Below, in pieces: positions 37,572-48,222 of a stretch of DNA of 61,021 nt (its first letter is position 1; each line of letters opens with the position of its first letter). Both the position numbers and the translations under genes were made by a program. Under the pieces are notes generated by a model. That model worked only from the letters and a program-made list of their open reading frames with translations. It was not told the DNA's origin and did not search any database. This stretch comes from a virus (Duplodnaviria > Caudoviricetes). The stretch is taken from IMG/VR virus record IMGVR_UViG_3300032309_000977, positions 1-61,021 of that record. One strand, written 5' to 3'.

Positions 37572-40322
37572 ATGGCAGAAGATTCCCTATTAGGTTTAGG
37601 CGCAGGAACACCCCCAGGTGGGGCATCTAGCGCTGTAGGTAGTTCTACTGTTAACTCACGCCTAAACGTTGATTTAAAAATTCTAAAAGGTCTTAATGAT
37701 GAACTTAAGACCATGGGTACAACTGCCAAAAGCATTGAAAAGAACTTTGATTCTTTAATCAAAAAGACTAAAGAACTTACTAAAGAACTTCAAGCCGCTG
37801 GTAAGGCTGGACGAAATCTAAACGGAAACACGTCTAACTCATACATTCCTAAAAACGGCATGCCTCCAGCAGCCGATTTGCACTCACTGCAAAAACAACA
37901 ACTAGGAATGTTCCAGCAATTCCAAGGTAGCCAAATTGCTATGGCTCAATCCCTTATGGGTGGAGCAGGCGGTATGGGAGGCGGTGGGGGCGGTGCTGGT
38001 GGCCCATGGGCAATGGTTGCCCAAAAGATTGTAGACGGTATACAAAAAGCAGGAGCAATGATTGATGCACGGGTTGACCGTGGTCGTCAGTATGCACTTC
38101 CAGCAGACCGTTTATCTGTACTACTACAGCAACAGAATGGTATCTCACAAAACCAGGTGATGAACCAAATGCGTATGCCATTGACCAATTACAGGTTGGG
38201 CGCTGATGGTATTAATGAATTGCTTGCACTGCAATCACGCACTGGATTAAAAGCAAATGCTCAAATGGGCGCTGCAACAGAAGCACTAAGAACAGTTAGT
38301 GGTTACGGTTATAGCACTGCTGATATTGCCAATATGACTGAATCTATGGCTGGCCCTAACACGGCTAACCGCATGTTCATGATGATGGGCACTGGTATCT
38401 ATGGCATTGGCGGTAAGCAAAAAGACCCAATGCAAGTTATTAAAGATACTGTAAATCGTTTAGGACTTACTAGTAAAGACATCGTTGACAGCGGCTTGCA
38501 AAAAGGTTCAGTTGCTCGTCAAAAATTAGAGATGGCTGGGTTTGATGAAAACATGCAAACCATGGTTCTCCAATACGCCCAGTCTAACCTTAATTATCGG
38601 GACAAAGGTGGGAAGGGTATGTATGACCCTTCTAAAAAGGCTGACCGTGAGCGCATGGGGATTGAAAATAACTATGCAACTCAAGTTGAAGAAACACAAC
38701 GTGTAGAAGGAAAACGTGAGGAAAACTTCTATAAGCGTCAGGCTGATAATTTTTCACAGTTAGAAAAGAACATGCAAAAAGTTACCAAACTATTTGGTGA
38801 ACTTGAAGATTCTCTTTCTACAATTATTGGAGCAAAAACAAGTACTCGTGGCTTTGGAAAGATATTTAATACCCTTGGTGATTTAGGTATTCCAGGAATG
38901 AACTCTCTTGGAAACTTCATTGGTGACCCTGCTGGAGCGAGTGCCGAGACTTCACGAATTGCTAGTACTAAACCTACATCTGCTCCTAAGTATGGTGCAA
39001 TGTTAGAAAAACTTAAACCACAAATGCGTGAGCCTTTGGAAAGAATGCTTAAAGATGCTGGTGGTCGTGTAGGTATTGGGCAAACTTATCGCAGCGCAGA
39101 TGACCAAAAAAAGATGTTCTTAGAACGGTATTACAAAACCGATAAGAAAACAGGAACATTTTGGAATGGTTCATACTGGGAAAAGAAGCCAGGAGTTGCA
39201 GCAGCCACTCCTCCAGGAATGTCTATGCACGAAATTGGACTTGCAGCAGACCTTACTGGTGACCTTGAGTGGGTTAAAAAGAATGCTGGTCGTTATGGTT
39301 TGGAGTCATTTGATTTCATGGGAGAACCATGGCACATTCAACTAAAGGGTATACCAAGGAGTCGTAGTCAGTATGAAAAGGCTGGCGCACCTTTGGGAAC
39401 CAATAACAGCGGAGACACTGCTTACAGCCCAACTACTACTGGAACTACTAAAGAAGTTGGACCATATGGTCAAACATCTGTTACGGGTGGAGCAAGTAAT
39501 GAGATTGGACTGCGAGCAAACTCCATGGGTGCAATGTCTATGGGAGCAGCAATGGCTACCTTTGCTTCCAGCAGAATTGTTTATGGAGAAAATGGAAATA
39601 CTTCAGTAGGTTCTGCTGGTGGTTCTGGAGCAACGGTATCGGCTCAAAGTGCTGCTGGTGTTGTTGGTAATAACGTAAAGGCAACTGATGAAGCAGGGTT
39701 ACGTTCATACTATGGAAATTTGTATAAAAACCTAAGCCGAAACAATATTGGTAAGGAAGGTGTACGAAGTCTATTAAGTGGTTTAACTGTAAGAGGAAGA
39801 CGACTTACTCCAGAAGAAATTAATGGATTTGTACAGATTGCAGGACGTGAGTCTGGATATAACTCCAACGCATACAATCCAACAGTAAGAACTGATGATA
39901 TTTCTTTTGGATTGTTCCAATTAAATATGGACCCTAGCGCTGGTGGAACAGACGCTTTTAGGAAGTTTCCATGGCTTAAAGGAAACTACGACAAACTTTG
40001 GGACCCAAAAACTAACGTAGACGTTGCTGCTGGTTGGAAAATGGCAGATGGCGTAGGTCGTGGAAATATCTTTTACCATTGGGGTGGTACTCCTGAAAAC
40101 CCTATGGCAGGTAGTGCTGGGTACAAACAAGGTGACCCTGCGTATCCATCTTCTCCTGGTCCACTTCCCCGTAGTGGTGGTAGTACTAATGTTATTACTG
40201 TTGCTCCCGTAATCCATATCAACACAACTGGAAGCACCAGTATGGATATTAACCAAATGGCTAAGGAAGTTTCGCATATGCTTGAAAAAGAAATTCACTT
40301 AACAATGATGAGGGCTAAGTAA
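37572..40322 (+). CDS. tape measure protein with M15 peptidase and lytic-transglycosylase-like domains
   Basis: Helical N-half; PGMSMHEIGLAAD/EPWH; RESGYNSNA...SFGLFQLN. Confidence 0.85.
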   Translation: MAEDSLLGLGAGTPPGGASSAVGSSTVNSRLNVDLKILKGLNDELKTMGTTAKSIEKNFDSLIKKTKELTKELQAAGKAGRNLNGNTSNSYIPKNGMPPAADLHSLQKQQLGMFQQFQGSQIAMAQSLMGGAGGMGGGGGGAGGPWAMVAQKIVDGIQKAGAMIDARVDRGRQYALPADRLSVLLQQQNGISQNQVMNQMRMPLTNYRLGADGINELLALQSRTGLKANAQMGAATEALRTVSGYGYSTADIANMTESMAGPNTANRMFMMMGTGIYGIGGKQKDPMQVIKDTVNRLGLTSKDIVDSGLQKGSVARQKLEMAGFDENMQTMVLQYAQSNLNYRDKGGKGMYDPSKKADRERMGIENNYATQVEETQRVEGKREENFYKRQADNFSQLEKNMQKVTKLFGELEDSLSTIIGAKTSTRGFGKIFNTLGDLGIPGMNSLGNFIGDPAGASAETSRIASTKPTSAPKYGAMLEKLKPQMREPLERMLKDAGGRVGIGQTYRSADDQKKMFLERYYKTDKKTGTFWNGSYWEKKPGVAAATPPGMSMHEIGLAADLTGDLEWVKKNAGRYGLESFDFMGEPWHIQLKGIPRSRSQYEKAGAPLGTNNSGDTAYSPTTTGTTKEVGPYGQTSVTGGASNEIGLRANSMGAMSMGAAMATFASSRIVYGENGNTSVGSAGGSGATVSAQSAAGVVGNNVKATDEAGLRSYYGNLYKNLSRNNIGKEGVRSLLSGLTVRGRRLTPEEINGFVQIAGRESGYNSNAYNPTVRTDDISFGLFQLNMDPSAGGTDAFRKFPWLKGNYDKLWDPKTNVDVAAGWKMADGVGRGNIFYHWGGTPENPMAGSAGYKQGDPAYPSSPGPLPRSGGSTNVITVAPVIHINTTGSTSMDINQMAKEVSHMLEKEIHLTMMRAK

Positions 40323-42283
40323 TGGCTGACCAAGACCCTACAGTTCCACGTTCTGCTATTAACTATAGTAACTCTGTATTTACAGACCGTAATGCTTTTT
40401 ATAATTACGATAGAACTACACCTGCACAAGATAAAGAAACAGTAGTAAAACAAAATCCACCGTTTAAGTTTCCAGGAAATACTTACCGAGATATTGCTAA
40501 TAACACGCAAATCATGCGTCGTGGGTTTATGAGAAGTATTTTATTTGACGATAAGATTTTTAAAAAGTATTACGATGCTGCTCATACTGGAGAAAACAAT
40601 AATGGAAACTCCTCTGCAAAGTATGTGGGTGCTGGATTTACTGGTACGGCTCCAGGAAATAGAAAACTTAACTTTCAATTTAATCCTGACTACCTAGAAC
40701 GCTCTGTCAGTCAATCCGTTGGAAGTATGAACCCACTGCTTCAAAACCCTGCACAATTGCGTCAATCAGTTCCAGGAACCGCTAAGTTTGGTTTTTCTAT
40801 GACATTTAATCGTGAAATGGAAGTTGCTGCTGGTGGTTTTAAACGCAAACAATTGCAATATGATTACAATAAGTTTCAAGACGATTATGCGGCTTTTAGT
40901 AAAAACCCAGACCCAGAAGTATTGGGCGTACTTGCAGACTTAATGATATTTGACACAATCATTGGTCAAGGTATTTCTCCAGACATTGTAGAAGCAGTGT
41001 CGTTGTTTACGGAGCGTTCAGTTGTTCAGCAACAAAAGTATGAACAAGAAACAATAGACGATTATAAGAAAAATAATCCAAAAGGAACAGAAGTACCAGA
41101 AGCAAGTACTACGGACTTTAACGTAAACACCTTAATGGATAATGTTAATTTTGGTAACTCTGCTTTTCTTAACCCTCTCCCTGTTCGTATTGTTTTTTCA
41201 GATTATTTTATGATTGAAGGTGTAGTTACTGCTTCAAACGTAGGTTTTCAAAAGTTTTCAAAAGACCTTATCCCTACTGTATGTCAAGTGAACGTATCTG
41301 TAGATGCTTTGTATATCGGGTTTGCTCAACGAAATGCGTACCTAACTAAACAGTTAGAAGAATCCGCAACAGAAGCAGCAAACCAAAAAGAAGCAGACGA
41401 CGCAGAAATTAAAGCAATTCAACAAAAACTTGATGCAAAAGTTGGAAGAATTGACACTTACTACAATATACTATTTACTACAGGAATTAATTATGATATC
41501 CAAGTAGCACCACCTGGTGCTACTCCTTGCGCTGAAGTACCCGCATCTTCAAGTGCTCTTTGGAAGTATCAATGGGATACCTCAACTAACTATGGTGGGT
41601 ACTCAAACAATGTTCCATTAGAGATGTGGTACAACCATAGGTTTTTATATAGTGATTACAATGGAGATACCGCACAATACCGATGGAACGATAACTTACC
41701 AATTAGTTCTCTTTTCTTTTTTGCTAACACTATTGATTTAGGTATTGAAAATTTTGATACAAACAATATACGAGTAGTTGCACAAAATCCAGTGTTTTAT
41801 TTTAAGTATATAAAACCAGATAAGACTACAGTTAATTATTCAATTTCAGGTTCCATTGTAGAAACTGAAGCAATAGTTGGAAAAGTTCCAGGAGTAACAG
41901 ATAACTCACCTCTTAACCCAAACAGTCCAACTCCTATTCCTGTTGATCTTCAACCGTTATATAGTTATGGTTATGCTTATAACTATTTAATTACCATGAA
42001 CACAGATAAAAAATTGCCAGACCAAGGGTATGCAAAAGAAACCTTAATGAAGGGTGCAAGTCAAATGACACTTCTAGAATCTGGTCTTAGTGTTGATTTT
42101 TACTTTGAAGTAGACATTACAACTAAAGCAACAGGAACTCCAACTACTGTTAGAAGCAATGTTAAAAAAATAACTAAACGGTTGAAGTGGGGTGAGAAGT
42201 TTTTTTACACTTATGTATTAAATGAGTACATTGAATTAGGTAAGAAAATTGGGCCAAACACACCACGTGGACAATACACCTAA
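40322..42283 (+). CDS. baseplate/tube-initiator-like protein
   Basis: FQFNP..L; position after the tape measure gene. Confidence 0.5.
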   Translation: MADQDPTVPRSAINYSNSVFTDRNAFYNYDRTTPAQDKETVVKQNPPFKFPGNTYRDIANNTQIMRRGFMRSILFDDKIFKKYYDAAHTGENNNGNSSAKYVGAGFTGTAPGNRKLNFQFNPDYLERSVSQSVGSMNPLLQNPAQLRQSVPGTAKFGFSMTFNREMEVAAGGFKRKQLQYDYNKFQDDYAAFSKNPDPEVLGVLADLMIFDTIIGQGISPDIVEAVSLFTERSVVQQQKYEQETIDDYKKNNPKGTEVPEASTTDFNVNTLMDNVNFGNSAFLNPLPVRIVFSDYFMIEGVVTASNVGFQKFSKDLIPTVCQVNVSVDALYIGFAQRNAYLTKQLEESATEAANQKEADDAEIKAIQQKLDAKVGRIDTYYNILFTTGINYDIQVAPPGATPCAEVPASSSALWKYQWDTSTNYGGYSNNVPLEMWYNHRFLYSDYNGDTAQYRWNDNLPISSLFFFANTIDLGIENFDTNNIRVVAQNPVFYFKYIKPDKTTVNYSISGSIVETEAIVGKVPGVTDNSPLNPNSPTPIPVDLQPLYSYGYAYNYLITMNTDKKLPDQGYAKETLMKGASQMTLLESGLSVDFYFEVDITTKATGTPTTVRSNVKKITKRLKWGEKFFYTYVLNEYIELGKKIGPNTPRGQYT

Positions 42284-42292
42284 GAGAACCTT

Positions 42293-42553
42293 ATGTCTTT
42301 ACCTACCTCATCTAGATACCTAACCATCACAGAAGAAAAAGACAATACGGTAGTACTTGCTGCTAACCGTAAAAAGTTTACGTTTAGTTCTTACCTAATC
42401 CACGTTGCTGTAGACGGTCAAACTTTTTCCTCATTAGCAGAACTCTACTTTGGGAATGAAAGTTTATTTTGGATAATTGCAGACGCTAATCCTCAAATAA
42501 AATTCCCAGATGTGATAAATGCAGGTACGTCTGTCCGTGTGCCTATCTTATGA
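42293..42553 (+). CDS. LysM/tail-X-like baseplate protein
   Basis: GQTF..LA..YFG....FW.IADANP. Confidence 0.8.
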   Translation: MSLPTSSRYLTITEEKDNTVVLAANRKKFTFSSYLIHVAVDGQTFSSLAELYFGNESLFWIIADANPQIKFPDVINAGTSVRVPIL

Positions 42554-43725
42554 TTACTACGGGTATTTCTCCATTAGGGATTAACTGGAATGTAATCATT
42601 AATGATTCTCCAGTGGACGCACGACATATTAACCGTGTAACAATTGATTATGCTGAAAACACCCATGATATTGCAACAGTTGATTTTGTAGGAACTCCGT
42701 CGGTAATTATTGCTGACTACTTAGACAAGCCTGTTGCTATCTCTATGGTAGTCGGTGGGGGTATTAAACAATCTTTTTTTGGGTACATTAAAAACATTGA
42801 CGCAATATCTTTAACATCTGTTGGTTTAATTGATGCTTCTCCTTTTCAAACCATGCGTGCTGTTTGTTTTGGAGCAAGTTACTTTTTAAAAGAAACTAAT
42901 AACAGAATTTGGACAAACGTTACTTTAAATAATATTATTCAACAATTAGCAAACCCATACCGTTTCTCCTATTCAGTTCCTGAAGATTCCTTTAAGTTTT
43001 CACGAGTGGTGCAAAATCAAAATACTAATTGGGAATTTTTAGTAAAAGTATGTAACCAATTAGGCTATAGAGTTTCTTGCCATGGAGCACACATACACGT
43101 TTGGGACCCACTAAAGGCTTTGGCTCACCAACCTTCATACACTGTAATTCGTGGTTTAATTGGAAAAAATAAAAACTATAATCCATCTCCAGGAGACATC
43201 CTTAAGTTTGAACCTGTAATTGGTACACACACAATAAGTGGAACTAATACTACTAATAGCGTTAGTTATATCACTCCAGAAGGAACTATCGGAACAGTAT
43301 CTGACTCTGACCTATATGCGTTGGGAACGTACCTAAATGATAATCCAACACAGACTAATCAAACCCTATCTATAAATGCACAATCTCACGAGATGGCTCA
43401 ACGCATAGTCAAAGCAGAAAAATTAAATCAATCATTTTCATATCACGCCCGTGCAGAAATTATGAGTGACCCTTCTATTATTCCAGGAGGAATTGTAAAG
43501 GTAGAAGGGTATGGAAATAATTTTGATGGATATTGGTATGTTAATAAAGTAGTACATGAACTTGTTTCTGAATCTATGATTAGTAACTTAAGCCTTAGTA
43601 AAAATACACCTGACGAAGACTTTGATAAATTTCCAAAAGTTAGAAAATACCGACTTGCACCAGAACCAATATTATTGAATAACCGATGGGTTGCTCAAAC
43701 GGAGTATGCCGATGTCTACTCTTAA
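42550..43725 (+). CDS. baseplate hub protein (P2 gpD/T4 gp27-like)
   Basis: Q...TNWEFL...C..LGY, FDGYWYV..V.H. Confidence 0.75.
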   Translation: MITTGISPLGINWNVIINDSPVDARHINRVTIDYAENTHDIATVDFVGTPSVIIADYLDKPVAISMVVGGGIKQSFFGYIKNIDAISLTSVGLIDASPFQTMRAVCFGASYFLKETNNRIWTNVTLNNIIQQLANPYRFSYSVPEDSFKFSRVVQNQNTNWEFLVKVCNQLGYRVSCHGAHIHVWDPLKALAHQPSYTVIRGLIGKNKNYNPSPGDILKFEPVIGTHTISGTNTTNSVSYITPEGTIGTVSDSDLYALGTYLNDNPTQTNQTLSINAQSHEMAQRIVKAEKLNQSFSYHARAEIMSDPSIIPGGIVKVEGYGNNFDGYWYVNKVVHELVSESMISNLSLSKNTPDEDFDKFPKVRKYRLAPEPILLNNRWVAQTEYADVYS

Positions 43726-44122
43726 TACACTATTTACTCAGACAACAACTGGTCCATACCGTGCAATTGTTACCTATGCAAACAGTACTACTGGAGAAAT
43801 AAGAATACTAATTCCATCGGTATTTACTGATGGGTATGAAGCAACCGTATCTTTTATTGGTAGAAAACCATACAATTCTGTGTGGCCTATTCCTTCTGTA
43901 AATGAGCAAATAATAGTAATAGCAGATGATGAAAATTTATCAAACATATTTTGGGTACAGGTTAACCCAGACCCTTCTACATCCTTAACTGGTGTACAGT
44001 CTCAAATAGACACAAATACTACAAACATTGCAACAAATACTGCAAACATCTCTGCACTGACCGCCCGTATTACTGTATTAGAAGCAAACCAAGATGCTTT
44101 ATTCTTAGGAGTATTTAAATAA
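43712..44122 (+). CDS. baseplate spike-like protein (OB domain + coiled coil)
   Basis: YRAIV....GEIR..IP, P.VNEQI.V; GGAG before ATG 43712. Confidence 0.55.
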   Translation: MSTLNTLFTQTTTGPYRAIVTYANSTTGEIRILIPSVFTDGYEATVSFIGRKPYNSVWPIPSVNEQIIVIADDENLSNIFWVQVNPDPSTSLTGVQSQIDTNTTNIATNTANISALTARITVLEANQDALFLGVFK

Positions 44123-44530
44123 ATGAAAGCCATTGCCGTCCCTTTTTCTTTTTCTGATGGAAAAGTACAAACTATTTCTGACATAGAAAAACTAGTAAAG
44201 CAAGAAATTATTGATTTCTTTTCTACTAGCGCTGGTCAGAGGATTCGCCATTACCGATACGGTGGGAATATTCAAGCGTTGGCTTTTGAGTTATTAGACA
44301 AATTAGCCTTAGCAGATTACAAGGTGGATGCCTTAACAGAGGTAAACCGCCATTTGACTAGGGGCAAGGTTATTGATATAGCAGTAACCCCTAGTAACGA
44401 CCTTCCTGGTGGATTTGACGAAGAAAACACATTAGTTTTATCTATTAAGTTTGCCGTCACTGCCGCCAGGGTTTCTACGGTAAAATTATTAATTCAAGGA
44501 ACTATACTGACTGAGGAAAGTGACCTGTAA
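44123..44530 (+). CDS. baseplate wedge protein, gp25-like
   Basis: PFSF..G, T..G.R....YGG. Confidence 0.75.
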   Translation: MKAIAVPFSFSDGKVQTISDIEKLVKQEIIDFFSTSAGQRIRHYRYGGNIQALAFELLDKLALADYKVDALTEVNRHLTRGKVIDIAVTPSNDLPGGFDEENTLVLSIKFAVTAARVSTVKLLIQGTILTEESDL

Positions 44531-44532
44531 TT

Positions 44533-45993
44533 ATGGCAACAATTGATTATTCTAATAGGGACTATGCCACTATTAAGCAAGACCTACTTTCTCGTGCATC
44601 CACATTAATACCTGAGTGGACGTCTAGAGACACCTCAGATTTTGGTGTACTCATGGTGGATTTGTGGGCGTACATGGGCGACGTTCTTCATTACTATGTT
44701 GACCGTGCCGCCGCAGAAGCCTTTGTGGATACGGCAACGCAACGAGAGTCCATTTTAGCGATTGCTAACTTGTATGACTATGTTCCTCATTTACAAACTG
44801 CTGCTAGGGCAACAATTACTGTAACTGGAAACAACATACCTGCTGGGACTACTATTTCTATACCTGCTGGGACTATGTTTGTATCTCCAGCAACAGCAGA
44901 CCGTCCCATAGTTTATTTTACGTCTACAGCAGGTGCATCTGTTACAAGTGCTAGTTCTTCGGCAGTACTGTCTGTTGTTGAGGGAGAACCTATTACAGAA
45001 GAATACGTTGGAAGAAGTAATGGTCTTCCAAGCCAACGTTTTAAACTTTATAATAAAGGTGTTATTGGAGACAGTGTAGTTGTAAATGTTTATGAAGGAA
45101 CTATTGTTTCTGGAACCCCTTCAGCGGTGTCCTACCGTTATGTAGAGCGACTACTTGATTATGGTTCAATAGATAAAGTATTTACTTTAGAAGTAAACGC
45201 AAATAATGAAACAACTGTTATTTTTGGTAATGACCTCTATGGAAAAATACCAAGCAACGGTCAAAAGGTTACGGTGTCTTACCGAAAAGGTAAAGGAACA
45301 TATGGAAATCTTCCAGCAGGAAGTATCAACCAATTTGCTCAATCAATTAGTCCTTACCTTTCATCAGTAGTATCTACGGCTGCTGTAGGTGGAGACACTG
45401 TAGAAAGTATTACTAACTTAAAAGTAAACATTCCAGCAGCGTTTTCTACACAAAGCCGTGCGGTTTCATTGCAAGACTATAAATCATTAGCCTTGTTTGT
45501 TGCTGGTATTGCTAAAGCAACTGCAACATATAACTCAACTACACAAGTGGTATCTATTTATCCAGTAGGTTTTGCTACTGACTACCTTAATACTGTTGGC
45601 TCAACTTTAACTTTAGATTCATCTTTAGTTACTAATTTAATAAACTACTATGAGCCACGAACTATGGTTGGAGCAAGTGTGTCTATTGTAAATAGTGTCA
45701 GTCTCACAGCAGTAAACATTACTGGTACTGTGTATGTGAATGATGGGTACATTGCAAGTAATGTGCAGTCAGATGTTGAAGATGCACTTGATAGTTTGTT
45801 TACATTTGAAAATGTTTCGTTTAACCAAACTCTTTCAAAGGCACAAATATACAAAACAATAATGGGAGTAGAAGGGGTTTATTACGTAACCTTAAGCAGC
45901 CCAAGTACAGAAACAGTTTCATCTGGAGCAACTGGTTTGTTTAAAAAAGGAACATACACATTAACCACCAGTGGTGGAGTAACAGGTAGTTAA
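44533..45993 (+). CDS. baseplate J/gp6-like wedge protein
   Basis: IDY..RDY, PEWT....SDFG, FG....GKIP, RAVSLQDY. Confidence 0.88.
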   Translation: MATIDYSNRDYATIKQDLLSRASTLIPEWTSRDTSDFGVLMVDLWAYMGDVLHYYVDRAAAEAFVDTATQRESILAIANLYDYVPHLQTAARATITVTGNNIPAGTTISIPAGTMFVSPATADRPIVYFTSTAGASVTSASSSAVLSVVEGEPITEEYVGRSNGLPSQRFKLYNKGVIGDSVVVNVYEGTIVSGTPSAVSYRYVERLLDYGSIDKVFTLEVNANNETTVIFGNDLYGKIPSNGQKVTVSYRKGKGTYGNLPAGSINQFAQSISPYLSSVVSTAAVGGDTVESITNLKVNIPAAFSTQSRAVSLQDYKSLALFVAGIAKATATYNSTTQVVSIYPVGFATDYLNTVGSTLTLDSSLVTNLINYYEPRTMVGASVSIVNSVSLTAVNITGTVYVNDGYIASNVQSDVEDALDSLFTFENVSFNQTLSKAQIYKTIMGVEGVYYVTLSSPSTETVSSGATGLFKKGTYTLTTSGGVTGS

Positions 45994-47958
45994 ATGCCCT
46001 CAGTATCCTTTCGCCTGCGTAGAGATGATGATATTGGTTCACTTGTTCGTCAAGTAAGCCGAGATGATTCTGCTATCAGGTCAGACTCTTATGTTCAACC
46101 TATTGCTAACAGCGCTTTTTCTACATTTACAGTTTCTGTAATTGATGGACAATTTACTAACGTTGTAGATTCAAATAGGGTTAATGGTTATTATACGGCT
46201 TATCAATCTACAGTTGATTTATCGTTTAGTCTAGACCAACCATTGCAAACTAATCCTTCTGGAACTTCAGTTCCTGTGGGTGTGAGCATCGTTGTCTCCT
46301 CAGAAGGAGAACCATTAACAGTAGAAGATGGGACGATTGTATACACGTGTGATGCAAATAACTACAGTGAGTTTTATACACACGTTAGTACTGATTACAC
46401 AGAAAATACTTGGTTATATTATTCAATGTTTGTAAAGTACTCAAATGGAACAACTACTTGGTACGAACGAGTTGCTGACACCTTTGTACTTCTTCCAACT
46501 TTATATTTTTCTGTAAATAACTTATGGGACAAAATTCCAGCATATTATCAAGGTCTAGATACCACTCAAGCAAATAATTCTTTGTATAAGTTTGTTTCAT
46601 TGTTTGGTTGGGAACTAGACAAAACAAGGTCATTAATTGATTCTTTAATGTTAGTAAATGACCCCATGATTGCACCACCATCAGCATTGGAACAACTTGC
46701 TAAACAAGTGGGTTTAGAGATATCAGTAAATGATTTAGGCACTAAAAAAGTACGTGCAGTATTAAACAATATCTTTGAGTTGCGTAAACGAAAAGGCACT
46801 TCATATGGCACAAGTGCGTACATCTCAGCAATGAGCGGCTCAAAAGTAGATTACATTATTGGAACTAATACCTTTAAAATTTTTACCCATAGAGTAAACC
46901 TTATATCTGACCCTAAGTTTAAAAATACAACAACTACTACGGTTGCAGGCTCTCCAGCAACTATTAGTAGAACACCTTTTACTTTGCGTGGTACTTCGGA
47001 TGGTTCTTCTTTGCGAAATACCGCACGAACAGACTTAACTATTCGTGGAGAAACTACAAACTCAAGTGGATACTTAAGTTACGCCTACACCACTAACCAA
47101 TATATTTCTACTGCTGCATCTGTGGGTTGGGGAGTATACACATATGGTCCAACAATGTCAGGGGCAGCGTCAGTTCCTGTTATTGAACGTATTCAATACT
47201 ACGGCAATAATCTCAATGGTTCTTCAGTTCCTGTTGTTGTATCTGGTGGCAATGGTTTAAAGATAAGCATTCCAGCAACTGCAAGTGGACCACAAAATGT
47301 GGTGGTATACGGTAGAAGGCCGTTTAGGTACGCAGAAGGCGTTCAGTACTACACATCGTTTAATTGTGTATTAAGTGATGCAACATTTAACAACATGAGG
47401 TTTATTAAATACAGCAACATTGGAACATATCTAGAAGTAACTACTCCAGATGCTTTGGGTAATGATTTATACTTTGACCAATGGAATGACGTAAACGCAT
47501 CTACCGCTAGTCATTTTATTAACTCACCTGATACTTTTTATAGTAATGCTGACCCGTCACTATCAACTTACGGTAGGTTCGCTGTAGAGCATCCATTGCA
47601 TGACTTTACAACTTTTGAGTCTGCCTATGTTGTTCCTGTACTTACTTTTACTATAAACCCTGGTGGCTATGCAGTTGTGTCAAATTGGTTAGTTGAACCT
47701 AATGGGCTTAGTAACTACTTTGATGGAGATACCGAGACTGGGGGGTTTGTTCGTCAAGCAAATCAAACATCTCCTATTGGTATATCAGACTACCGTTGGG
47801 GTGCTAATGGTGGTTCAACAAACGTTGACTTTTCCTACTACACTCTTGATTACGCAAGGGTGGTGAACACGGTCACAAGGGTTGTAGAAAATGACCTTAT
47901 ACCCGTAGATATGATTGGCAATTACACGCTTGCTTGGAACAAAATACCAGGAGAATAA
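45994..47958 (+). CDS. baseplate/tail protein with P2 gpI-like domain
   Basis: L...IPAYY, L..LA..VG, KRKGT..G. Confidence 0.65.
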   Translation: MPSVSFRLRRDDDIGSLVRQVSRDDSAIRSDSYVQPIANSAFSTFTVSVIDGQFTNVVDSNRVNGYYTAYQSTVDLSFSLDQPLQTNPSGTSVPVGVSIVVSSEGEPLTVEDGTIVYTCDANNYSEFYTHVSTDYTENTWLYYSMFVKYSNGTTTWYERVADTFVLLPTLYFSVNNLWDKIPAYYQGLDTTQANNSLYKFVSLFGWELDKTRSLIDSLMLVNDPMIAPPSALEQLAKQVGLEISVNDLGTKKVRAVLNNIFELRKRKGTSYGTSAYISAMSGSKVDYIIGTNTFKIFTHRVNLISDPKFKNTTTTTVAGSPATISRTPFTLRGTSDGSSLRNTARTDLTIRGETTNSSGYLSYAYTTNQYISTAASVGWGVYTYGPTMSGAASVPVIERIQYYGNNLNGSSVPVVVSGGNGLKISIPATASGPQNVVVYGRRPFRYAEGVQYYTSFNCVLSDATFNNMRFIKYSNIGTYLEVTTPDALGNDLYFDQWNDVNASTASHFINSPDTFYSNADPSLSTYGRFAVEHPLHDFTTFESAYVVPVLTFTINPGGYAVVSNWLVEPNGLSNYFDGDTETGGFVRQANQTSPIGISDYRWGANGGSTNVDFSYYTLDYARVVNTVTRVVENDLIPVDMIGNYTLAWNKIPGE

Positions 47959-48213
47959 ATGGAACTCATAATTGGAGCATTAGCCGTATACAAAGTGGTT
48001 CAACTACTTGACATGTTTACCCCAAAAGAAGCCATGGCTTGGGTGAAGGTTGTTGTTACCTTAGCGCTGTCCTATGCTATTGTGCTCATCCTCTGGACAA
48101 GTAACCCTTGGATGGATGGACTCGCAGTAGCAACATTGGCTGGCGCAACACATGCTGTCATACGAATGTTTCTTCTTATGGGTGATATGGCAAGACACAA
48201 ATCAGTACGTTAG
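47959..48213 (+). CDS. small membrane protein
   Basis: Three hydrophobic segments. Confidence 0.6.
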   Translation: MELIIGALAVYKVVQLLDMFTPKEAMAWVKVVVTLALSYAIVLILWTSNPWMDGLAVATLAGATHAVIRMFLLMGDMARHKSVR

Positions 48214-48222
48214 GAGCATAAA

